12,637 nucleotides of DNA from Gemmatimonadaceae bacterium (GCA_033763905.1 JANRJP010000117.1:1-12637); one strand, 5' to 3'. Counted from the stretch's first letter, positions 1 through 6,997 are shown. Notes: generated by a model from the letters alone, not told the origin. Made by a program: numbers and translations.

Positions 1-1043
1 ACCGATACCGGCCCGAGCGGCGTCGGCAGCTTCAGAATCGACACGATGAGCCGTGTCATCACGCCGCTGCCGACGAACGCGACGATCGGATTCGTCCCGA
101 AGATAACGAACGCGCGCGTCCATCCCGTGCTCCCGAGCACGTCGGTGACATACGCCGTCGTCGCGAGCGTCAGTGCCGCCAGACCGGCGGTGAGCAGCAC
201 GTAGCTCGACGTCCACAGCTGTTTGTTCACCGGGAATGACCAGCCCCACATCGAGCCGAGCGCAGCGGCGAGCGCCCCGACGACGAACATTCCCAACAAG
301 CGTTCGGTCAGCGGACGAGACGACGCCAACCAACGCCCGCACAGCACCCCGGTCAGCACCGTGCCCGCCGCTGGAATCGTCGCCAGGATGCCTTCGGGGT
401 CGTAGGTCTTGGTGCCCGCGTAGATGTGGGCGTCGCCGAGCACGAGGCGGTCGACCCAGGCCGCCAAGGTCGACGCAGGCGTGTCCAGCACCGTCGCGCC
501 AATCGTCGCGAGGCCCGGGACCGGCAGCAGAGTCATCGCCCACCAGTAGCCGAAGAGCAGCACCACCAGCGCCGTCACGAGTTGGCGCAGCGACGCGCCC
601 ACGGCCAGCATCGCGCCGAGCAGGTAGGCCAGTCCGATGCGCTGCAGCACGCCCAGCACGCGCAGGTGCTCCACCCGGTACACGACGCGATCCCAGAACG
701 TCGGGGCGGGCACGCCGTCGATCGCGCCCCACCAGAAGAACGGGAAGGCGTTGAGTGCCAAGCCGATGGCGAAGATCAGCAGCCCTCGCCGGACGATTTG
801 CCGGCGCAGTGGGCCCAGCGCCTCCCCCCGCTCGGCGCGCGTGCCGAGCGAGAGGTGGGTCGTGACGCCGACGATGAAGAGGAAAAACGGAAAGATCAGG
901 TCGGTCGGCGTCCACCCGTGCCACGCGGCGTGCGCCAAGGGGGGATACATCGCCCCCCAGTTGCCCGGATTGTTCACGAGCAGCATCCCCGCGACGGTCG
1001 CGCCGCGGAAGACGTCCAGCGATAGCAGGCGTGTCTTAGCCAC
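1..1043 (-). CDS. NagX / heparan-alpha-glucosaminide N-acetyltransferase (HGSNAT)-like membrane acyltransferase (DUF1624/DUF5009-type), 3' end beyond the window
   Basis: Not in the ORF track because no stop lies in the window. Manual translation from GTG at 1043-1041 gives MAKTRLLSLDVFRGATVAGMLLVNNPGNWGAMYPPLAHAAWHGWTPTDLIFPFFLFIVG...TYDPEGILAT...FPVNKQLWTSSYVLLTAG...FGTNPI. The RL-SLD-FRG, H--W-G-T-TDL-FP-FLF, DPEG and NK-LWT-SYV motifs are characteristic of this family. The frame is the same at both ends. Confidence 0.9.
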   Translation of the reverse strand, partial: MAKTRLLSLDVFRGATVAGMLLVNNPGNWGAMYPPLAHAAWHGWTPTDLIFPFFLFIVGVTTHLSLGTRAERGEALGPLRRQIVRRGLLIFAIGLALNAFPFFWWGAIDGVPAPTFWDRVVYRVEHLRVLGVLQRIGLAYLLGAMLAVGASLRQLVTALVVLLFGYWWAMTLLPVPGLATIGATVLDTPASTLAAWVDRLVLGDAHIYAGTKTYDPEGILATIPAAGTVLTGVLCGRWLASSRPLTERLLGMFVVGALAAALGSMWGWSFPVNKQLWTSSYVLLTAGLAALTLATTAYVTDVLGSTGWTRAFVIFGTNPIVAFVGSGVMTRLIVSILKLPTPLGPVS

Positions 1044-1048
1044 GCCGT

Positions 1049-1054
1049 AAGCTA
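1049..1054 (-). promoter_or_regulatory. Putative sigma70-type -10 box (TAGCTT) of a leaderless transcript
   Basis: Minus strand reads TAGCTT-acggc-GTG: a TAnnnT box 5 nt before the start codon, with no Shine-Dalgarno. No -35 match seen. Confidence 0.5.
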
Positions 1055-1066
1055 TCGCCGGACGGC

Positions 1067-1417
1067 TCAGCCCTGCCCAGCCAGCCGGATCGCGACCTTG
1101 CCGAAGAGGAACAGCAGGCCCATCACCGTGCCCATCGCAATGAGCAAGGGGCCCGTGAACAGGGCGCGGAACAACTTGTGGTCGTACTTGAGGTGCATAT
1201 AGAACATCACCACGATCGCGAACTTCACCGCGCTCAGAATCAGGAGCATCGGGATGAAGATCTTGGACGCGACCAGGGACGGGATGTAGTACGCCCAGAC
1301 TTCCCAGATCGTGATCGCCGTGAGGATCCCGCCGATCTTGACGTACTCCATCGGCGTCGGGTGATGGCCGTGGGCGTCGTGCCCGTGGGCCGCGTGCGCA
1401 GCGTCGGTATGTGCCAT
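1067..1417 (-). CDS. ctaF: Cytochrome c oxidase subunit IV (prokaryotic COX4 family)
   Basis: 116 aa with three hydrophobic helices and the motif LSAVKFAIVVMFYMHLKYD. Last gene of the oxidase operon. SD TAAGGAG overlaps the subunit III stop. Confidence 0.88.
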   Translation of the reverse strand: MAHTDAAHAAHGHDAHGHHPTPMEYVKIGGILTAITIWEVWAYYIPSLVASKIFIPMLLILSAVKFAIVVMFYMHLKYDHKLFRALFTGPLLIAMGTVMGLLFLFGKVAIRLAGQG

Positions 1418-1427
1418 CGCGGGCTCC

Positions 1428-2144
1428 TTACGGAATCAGGTAGATGAGCGTGAAGATCGCGATCCACACGACGTCCACGAAGTGCCAGTACAGCGCCGAC
1501 AGGTCGACGATCAGCGCGTCTTCCGGCTGCAGGCCGCGCTTCATATCCATCGCGAGGAGCGTGCAGAGCCACAGCACACCCACCGTCACGTGCGCGCCGT
1601 GGAAGCCGGTGAGCGTGAAGAACGACGACCCGAAGAGGTTGGTCTTGATCGTCAGCCCTTCGTGCACGAACGACGTGAACTCGTAGGCCTGGAAGCCGAG
1701 GAACGTCACGCCGAAGAGGATCGTGACGAGGAGCCAGAGCTTCGACGAACCGAAGATCTTCTCGAGGGTCGTCGTCTTGGGCGCGTGACGGTTCACCACC
1801 GCGCTGTGGGCCAGCACCATCGCCAACGACGACATCAGCAGCACGAAGGTCGACGCCGACGTGACCGGGATGTTGAGGATGGCGTTGAACGTCTCGCCCG
1901 AGTTCGGGTCGGTCCACTTCTCGTGGGGGTACGGCCCGACGACGCTCTTCCCCTTGTAGATCAGGTAGGTGGAGATGAGCGAGATGAACAGCATGCACTC
2001 CGAGCCGATGAAGGCCCAGATCGCGATCTTACGGTTATCGAGCCCCAGCGACGTGTGATGCGGCTGGTGTTCGACGTGGGTCACGCCGCCTGCACCGTGG
2101 GCGTGTCCGTGGCCGGCATCGGCCGTGATCGTGGCAGTAGACAC
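1428..2144 (-). CDS. ctaE: Cytochrome c oxidase subunit III (short, about 5 TM form)
   Basis: Motifs WAFIGSECMLF, TFVLLMSS, FLGFQAYEF, FFTLTGFHGAHV and LYWHFVDVVW. GTG start with a GGAG SD inside the end of subunit I. Confidence 0.95.
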   Translation of the reverse strand: MSTATITADAGHGHAHGAGGVTHVEHQPHHTSLGLDNRKIAIWAFIGSECMLFISLISTYLIYKGKSVVGPYPHEKWTDPNSGETFNAILNIPVTSASTFVLLMSSLAMVLAHSAVVNRHAPKTTTLEKIFGSSKLWLLVTILFGVTFLGFQAYEFTSFVHEGLTIKTNLFGSSFFTLTGFHGAHVTVGVLWLCTLLAMDMKRGLQPEDALIVDLSALYWHFVDVVWIAIFTLIYLIP

Positions 2145-2149
2145 GTGGG

Positions 2150-4033
2150 TTACTCCAGCGGGGTGAGCAGCCAGTTATAGAGCGTCGCGACCATCGCGCC
2201 GGCAAAGCCGATCGTCGCGAGGATGCCGACCATCGCCATCCCCTCGATGTGGAGGAAGATCAGCGACGAGAGCATCAGGCACATGAAGAGCGCGACGAAG
2301 AACGGCTTCGCGGTGCTGAGCGGCATCGGAATGCCCAGCTCCTGCGACGTGGGGATGCGCTCGCCGTCCTGCGTCTGGACCATCGCGTCGCGCCCCTTCT
2401 CGTCCCACATCGGATAGCGCGACGTCACCTGCGGCAGCCGCGCGAAGTTGTAGTCGGGCGGCGGCGAGGGGATCGACCATTCCAGCGTCGGCGCGCCCCA
2501 GGGGTTGTGGCCGGCGGTCATCGGCTGGCGATACGACTTCCACATGTTGTAGAAGAAGATCAGCATCCCGACCGCCTGCAGCGCGGCACCGGCCGACGAC
2601 ATCAGGTTGAAGATTTCCCAGCCCTGCCCGGCGTCGTAGGTGTAGATGCGGCGCGGCATCCCGAGCAGCCCGCTGAAGTGCATCGGGAAGAACGTCAGGT
2701 TCATCGCGATGAAGAACACCCAGAAGTGCCACTTGCCGAGCGTCTCGCTCAGGAAGCGCCCGGTCATCTTCGGGAAGTAGTGGTACACGCCGGCGAAGAT
2801 GCCGAACACCGCACCACCGAAGAGCACGTAGTGGAAGTGCGCCACCACGAAGTACGAGTCGGTCTGCTGGAGGTCGGCCGCAGCGCTCGAGTGCATGATG
2901 CCCGAGATGCCGCCCATCGTGAACAGCGCCACGAGCCCGATGCCGAAGAGCATCGACGTCGTGAAGCGGATCTGACCGCCCCACATCGTGCTGACCCAGT
3001 TCAGGATCTTCACGCCGGTGGGAATCGCGATCAGCATCGTCGTGAGCGAGAAGATGCTGTCGGCGATCGGCCCCATCCCGACCGAGAACATATGGTGCGC
3101 CCACACGCCGAAGCCGAGGAAGCCGATCAGGATGCCCGAATACACCATCACCGGGTAGCCGAAGAGCGGCTTGCGGCTGTAGGTCGGGAGGACTTCCGAC
3201 ACCAGCCCGAAGGCCGGCAGGATCAGGATGTAGACCTCGGGATGCCCGAAGATCCAGAACAGATGCTGCCAGAGCAGCGGGTCGGCGCCGGCGGCAATCG
3301 TGTAGAAGTTCGTGCCGAAGAAGCGGTCGAACAGCAGGAACACCAGCGCCACCGTGATCACCGGGAAGGCCAGAATCACGAGGAACTGCACGACGAACGA
3401 CATCCACGTGAAGATCGGCATGCGCATCAGGTGCATCCCCGGCGCGCGCATGTTGATGATCGTCGTGATGAAGTTGAACGCCGCCGCCAGCGACGACACA
3501 CCGAGGATCTGGAGCCCGATCACCCAGAAGTCGATGTTGAGCGTCGGCGAGTAGGCGTTCGTCGTCAGCGGCGCGTAGCCGAACCAGCCACCGTTCGGCG
3601 CCAGCGACAGGAAGATCGGCGCGGTGATGAACACGCCGCCCAGCGCATAGACCCAGTACGAGAACGCGTTGAGTCGCGGGAAGGCGACGTCACGCGCGCC
3701 GATCTGCAGCGGAATCAGATAATTGAAGAACGCGGCCGACAACGGCATGATGACGAGGAACACCATCGTCGTGCCGTGCATCGTGAAGAGCTGGTTGTAC
3801 ATATCGGCGCTGACCAGCCCCATATTCGGCTTGGCCAGCTGCCAGCGGATCACCAGCGCTTCGGTGCCGCCGACGATGAAGAAGAACAGCGCGGTGAACA
3901 GGTACAGCGTGCCGATCCGCTTGTGATCGACCGTGCTGATCCAGCTCCAGATTCCGGTCGGCTCCGCCGGCCGCACCTGAGGTCCCGCCGTGGCGCCCGC
4001 CTCTACGCGGCCGGGCATCGCAATCGTTGCCAT
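2150..4033 (-). CDS. ctaD: Cytochrome c oxidase subunit I, type A1 heme-copper oxidase
   Basis: 627 aa. Heme and CuB ligands FTMHG, WIFGHPEVY (A1-type Glu, His-Tyr crosslink), VWAHHMF and AHFHY. D-channel Asp in RDVAFPRLN, K-channel PTGVK, and MPRR. GAGGA SD upstream. Confidence 0.98.
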   Translation of the reverse strand: MATIAMPGRVEAGATAGPQVRPAEPTGIWSWISTVDHKRIGTLYLFTALFFFIVGGTEALVIRWQLAKPNMGLVSADMYNQLFTMHGTTMVFLVIMPLSAAFFNYLIPLQIGARDVAFPRLNAFSYWVYALGGVFITAPIFLSLAPNGGWFGYAPLTTNAYSPTLNIDFWVIGLQILGVSSLAAAFNFITTIINMRAPGMHLMRMPIFTWMSFVVQFLVILAFPVITVALVFLLFDRFFGTNFYTIAAGADPLLWQHLFWIFGHPEVYILILPAFGLVSEVLPTYSRKPLFGYPVMVYSGILIGFLGFGVWAHHMFSVGMGPIADSIFSLTTMLIAIPTGVKILNWVSTMWGGQIRFTTSMLFGIGLVALFTMGGISGIMHSSAAADLQQTDSYFVVAHFHYVLFGGAVFGIFAGVYHYFPKMTGRFLSETLGKWHFWVFFIAMNLTFFPMHFSGLLGMPRRIYTYDAGQGWEIFNLMSSAGAALQAVGMLIFFYNMWKSYRQPMTAGHNPWGAPTLEWSIPSPPPDYNFARLPQVTSRYPMWDEKGRDAMVQTQDGERIPTSQELGIPMPLSTAKPFFVALFMCLMLSSLIFLHIEGMAMVGILATIGFAGAMVATLYNWLLTPLE

Positions 4034-4051
4034 AGTGAGATCGTCCTCGGG

Positions 4052-5401
4052 TTACTTGAGCGCCTGCAGGTACGCCACGATGTCGGCGATCTGCTGATCG
4101 GTGAGCCCGCCCGCCGTCACCTTGGACTTCGTGACCGGGTCGTACTGATCGAGACCCAGCGTCGGCATGATCGACCCGGGCTTCATCGCGCGTGCGTTCT
4201 TGATCCACAGCGCCAGATGGCGCGTGTCGTTCTTGTAGAGCCCTGCCGCCAGCGTGTGGCGCGAGCCGACGTGCGTGAGGTCCGGCCCGATGTTGCCCAC
4301 CGACATCGGATTGCCACGCACCGCGTGGCAGCCGATGCACGAGCTCATCGAATACAACTGCTTGCCGCGCTCCACGTCACCCGCCGGCGCCGACCACTCG
4401 AGACCGGCCGGCACCGGGGTCTTCGGAATCACGAAGTCCGGCAGCGGCTTGTTCCAGGCGAAGTAGGGCTCCGTGCTCACCGCCGGCGCCGGCGCCGTGG
4501 CGTCTGCCGGCGTGGCGCCCTGCGAGGCCAAGACGATCGGCGTGCCGTTCGGCGTCGTCGCGGCGCCCACCGTCGGTGCCGGCGTCGGCGCCGCCGACAC
4601 CGCGGCAGCCGCAGGCGCGGCGCTGTCGGCCGCCGGCTGATGCAACAGCGCCACCGAGGCCTGATGCTGCGCCCAACGCTCGAAGTCGCCCTTCTCGACG
4701 ACGAACACGCGGAACTTCATGTTCGCGTGGCTGTCGCCGCAGTACTCGGCGCACATCCCGTTCACCGCCGCTTCGTCGTAGGTCGAATCGGGCGTGAACC
4801 ACAGGTAGTTCGTGCGGTTCGAAATCAGGTCGCGCTTGCCGCCGAGCCGCGGAATCCAGAACGAATGGAGCACGTCCTTCGTCTGCAGCGCGAAGTTCAC
4901 CGTGCGGCCCTTCGGCAGATACAGCTCGTTCGCCGTCGTGAGGCCGGGATACTGCGGGTAGCGGAACTCCCACCACCACTGATGCCCGATCACTTCCACC
5001 TGCAGCGCGTCAGCTCGCACCGTCGCCTGCGTCTGGAAGACCGTCTTCACCGTGGGGATCGCGATGAACACCAGAATCACCGCAGGAATCACCGTCCAGG
5101 TGATCTCGAGCGCCGTGTTCCCGTGCACCTGCTTCGGCGTCGGGCCGCCCTCGCGATGGCGATAGCGGATGATCGTGTAGATCAGCAGCCCTTCGACGAT
5201 CACGAAGACCACCGTGCCCCAGAAGAGCAGACGATCCCAGAGGAAGTCCACCGCCGCGTTGAACTCCGTGCGGTGTTCGAAGGTGGTGTTCGGATAGTCC
5301 GTGACGTTGGCATCGCTTCCGCCACACGCCGCGAGCAACAGCGCGACTCCGGCGAGAAGGACGGATGCCGGCATCCGACGCAAACGGGTAAACACAGTCA
5401 T
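4052..5401 (-). CDS. ctaC: Cytochrome c oxidase subunit II with fused C-terminal cytochrome c (caa3-type), predicted lipoprotein
   Basis: Lipobox LLAA-C, two TM helices (LEITWTVIP), GHQWWWEFRY, CuA ligands DVLHSFW and CAEYCGDSHANM. C-terminal heme c motif CIGCH (4325-4339), GPDLTH and distal Met in KPGSIMP. Confidence 0.96.
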   Translation of the reverse strand: MTVFTRLRRMPASVLLAGVALLLAACGGSDANVTDYPNTTFEHRTEFNAAVDFLWDRLLFWGTVVFVIVEGLLIYTIIRYRHREGGPTPKQVHGNTALEITWTVIPAVILVFIAIPTVKTVFQTQATVRADALQVEVIGHQWWWEFRYPQYPGLTTANELYLPKGRTVNFALQTKDVLHSFWIPRLGGKRDLISNRTNYLWFTPDSTYDEAAVNGMCAEYCGDSHANMKFRVFVVEKGDFERWAQHQASVALLHQPAADSAAPAAAAVSAAPTPAPTVGAATTPNGTPIVLASQGATPADATAPAPAVSTEPYFAWNKPLPDFVIPKTPVPAGLEWSAPAGDVERGKQLYSMSSCIGCHAVRGNPMSVGNIGPDLTHVGSRHTLAAGLYKNDTRHLALWIKNARAMKPGSIMPTLGLDQYDPVTKSKVTAGGLTDQQIADIVAYLQALK

Positions 5402-5462
5402 TGGCAGCGACAGAAGTGCTGGCGGTAGCGCAGGGTAGCCCTACCGGAACGAACGAGGCCGG

Positions 5463-5492
5463 AACCTACCCGGTTGGGCAGGATAGCCACAA
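5463..5492 (-). promoter_or_regulatory. Putative sigma70-type promoter of the oxidase operon (TTGTGG-N18-TAGGTT)
   Basis: Minus strand: TTGTGG (5492-5487), 18-nt spacer, TAGGTT (5468-5463). The same -10 hexamer occurs before the 124-aa gene. Confidence 0.45.
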
Positions 5493-5501
5493 GGTTCCCG
5501 T

Positions 5502-5526
5502 AAAGTCGGTGGTGGACCACCACTTT
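5502..5526. promoter_or_regulatory. Palindromic putative protein-binding site AAAGTCGGTGGTGGACCACCACTTT
   Basis: Dyad symmetry (AAAGT...ACTTT, inner GTGGTGG-A-CCACCAC) just upstream of the predicted -35. 16/23 identical to the dyad upstream of gyrA. Confidence 0.5.
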
Positions 5527-5541
5527 GCCATATACCACTGC

Positions 5542-5558
5542 GTCCGATTTGCTCGGAC
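5542..5558 (-). terminator. Small stem-loop after the 124-aa gene (possible terminator or processing hairpin)
   Basis: Minus strand GTCCGA-GCAAA-TCGGAC, 9 nt after the stop codon. It lacks a U-tract, so support as an intrinsic terminator is weak. Confidence 0.3.
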
Positions 5559-5567
5559 CGCGCGGTA

Positions 5568-5942
5568 CTAGTGCTTCTTTTCGTCCACCGAGTGCTTCGT
5601 GATCGTCTGCGCCACCGCGATCTCCAACGCCACCTTCACCTGCGCGGTGTACTCCCGCATCGACCGGATGCGCGCGTCCTCGCTCGAACCACGACCCATC
5701 GCCAAGAGCATTGCCGTCAGCTGATCGGCGATCATCCCGAACTGCATCTTGAGCTTGGTCGTCAGCGGCGTCAGCAAGCGCTTGATCGCCTGCTGGAAGA
5801 CGGTCGTCGGCTGCTTCGCCTTCACGGCCATCCCCATCTTCTCGACGTGCGAGTGGATGGTGGCCATCGTGTGGAGCGCCTCTTCGAGCACGGCCATCTT
5901 GGCCATGCCGGCGCCGTCGAGTTTGGGTCCTGGTCCGGCCAT
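5568..5942 (-). CDS. Hypothetical cytoplasmic all-alpha protein (124 aa), possible four-helix bundle / HPt-like fold
   Basis: Codon usage like neighbouring genes. Amphipathic helical pattern, no signal peptide or TM segment, Met-rich. Preceded by a leaderless-type -10 box. Confidence 0.85.
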   Translation of the reverse strand: MAGPGPKLDGAGMAKMAVLEEALHTMATIHSHVEKMGMAVKAKQPTTVFQQAIKRLLTPLTTKLKMQFGMIADQLTAMLLAMGRGSSEDARIRSMREYTAQVKVALEIAVAQTITKHSVDEKKH

Positions 5943-5948
5943 ACGAGC

Positions 5949-5954
5949 AACCTA
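5949..5954 (-). promoter_or_regulatory. Putative -10 box (TAGGTT) of a leaderless transcript
   Basis: Minus strand TAGGTT-gctcgt-ATG: 6 nt spacing and no SD. TTGCGC lies 15 nt further upstream, which is short for a -35. Confidence 0.55.
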
Positions 5955-5994
5955 ACCGTTGGGACGGGGGCGCAATGGGCTCACCACCAGCCGC

Positions 5995-6981
5995 TTACTG
6001 CCGGCTGAGCGGCTCCCGCGCGTACACCACGGTCACCGAGCCGCGCGCCGCCTCCAGCGTCCACGCGCGGCCACCGAACGCCGCGCGCGCCTTCGCCGAA
6101 CCCAGCAGGCGCAGCGAATCCCGAGGCGGCACGACCATCCAGCCCGCCGAGGTCTCGAGCAAGGGCCACGCCACACCCAGCGACCGCGCCTCGCGCATTG
6201 ATACCGGACGCCGCAGCACCAGCACCCCTTCCTTGGCGTTGAAGGTCGGCCGGTACGGGGCCAGCACATCCAGCCCGAGTCGCGCATCCACGGCGCTCCC
6301 AGTGGGCTCGAACTGCACCGGCGTGCGCGTCAGCACGAGCCCACCGATCGCCGCGCGACGCGCCACGCCCGCAATCGGACGGCTCGTCGGCTCGGGGAAT
6401 GCCTCGACGCCGGCGCGCGACCGCCACGCGGTGTCGAGCACCAGCCCGCGCGCCCGCGCGTCGATCCGCGCGGTCAGTGACACATCGCCCACCCGCAGCA
6501 CCACGGCACCCAAGCCCTCGCCCTCGGTGGCCACCAGCGCCACCGTCGTCGAATCCCCAATCGTGCTGCTCGGCGGCGCATTCAGCAGCGACTCGGCACG
6601 CTTCCGCTCGCCCGCGCTCAGCGGCGACGACTGCAGGCCCACCAGCGCGCGATACTCCCCCGCGCGGGCGTAGGCGGGCGCCAAGGCCCGCGCGAGGACG
6701 GCGGCATCGCCGCCGAAGTAGCGCGCTTCCTCGAGCAACACCGTGCCCGGCTTGATTGCGCCGCGGGCCAGCAACCAGCGGCCCAGCGTCGCGCGCGTCA
6801 CCGGGTCGCGCGGCGCGCGCGACGACGCGGCAAACAGCAACGAATCCGCACGCGAAATCTGCCCCGACCACACCAAGGGATCGACGCGGCCAAACCCCAG
6901 CGCCGGGGATTGCGCCGCGCTGATGACCGGGCGCGCACAGAGCGCGACCGCCAGCAGAGCTACCGGCAACCGAACCATCAT
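5995..6981 (-). CDS. Exported hypothetical protein: signal peptide, TPR-like helical region and retropepsin-like (clan AA) domain with degenerate active site
   Basis: Start moved from 7065 (overlaps the kinase gene) to ATG 6981, giving the signal peptide MMVRLPVALLAVALCARPVISAAQ. TPR-like segment APRDPVTRATLGRWLLARGAIKPGTVLLEEA. Retropepsin-like pattern VVLRVGDVSLTARIDARARGLVLD...AIGGLVLTRTPV...DARLGLDVLAPYRPTFN. Confidence 0.75.
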   Translation of the reverse strand: MMVRLPVALLAVALCARPVISAAQSPALGFGRVDPLVWSGQISRADSLLFAASSRAPRDPVTRATLGRWLLARGAIKPGTVLLEEARYFGGDAAVLARALAPAYARAGEYRALVGLQSSPLSAGERKRAESLLNAPPSSTIGDSTTVALVATEGEGLGAVVLRVGDVSLTARIDARARGLVLDTAWRSRAGVEAFPEPTSRPIAGVARRAAIGGLVLTRTPVQFEPTGSAVDARLGLDVLAPYRPTFNAKEGVLVLRRPVSMREARSLGVAWPLLETSAGWMVVPPRDSLRLLGSAKARAAFGGRAWTLEAARGSVTVVYAREPLSRQ

Positions 6982-6997
6982 CACAACCGCTCGCGCG

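Noticed and set aside
2249..5428. 1059-aa plus-strand ORF
   Set aside because: Antisense shadow of ctaD/ctaC caused by high-GC codon bias. Arg/His-rich composition with no recognisable motifs.
5402..5567. FNR, Rex or ECF-sigma sites upstream of the oxidase; also the GGAACCT...AGGTTCC inverted repeat (5461-5498)
   Set aside because: No TTGAT-N4-ATCAA or TTGTGAA-N4-TTCACAA match. GGAACC has no matching ECF -10, and a 7-bp repeat with a long spacer could be chance.
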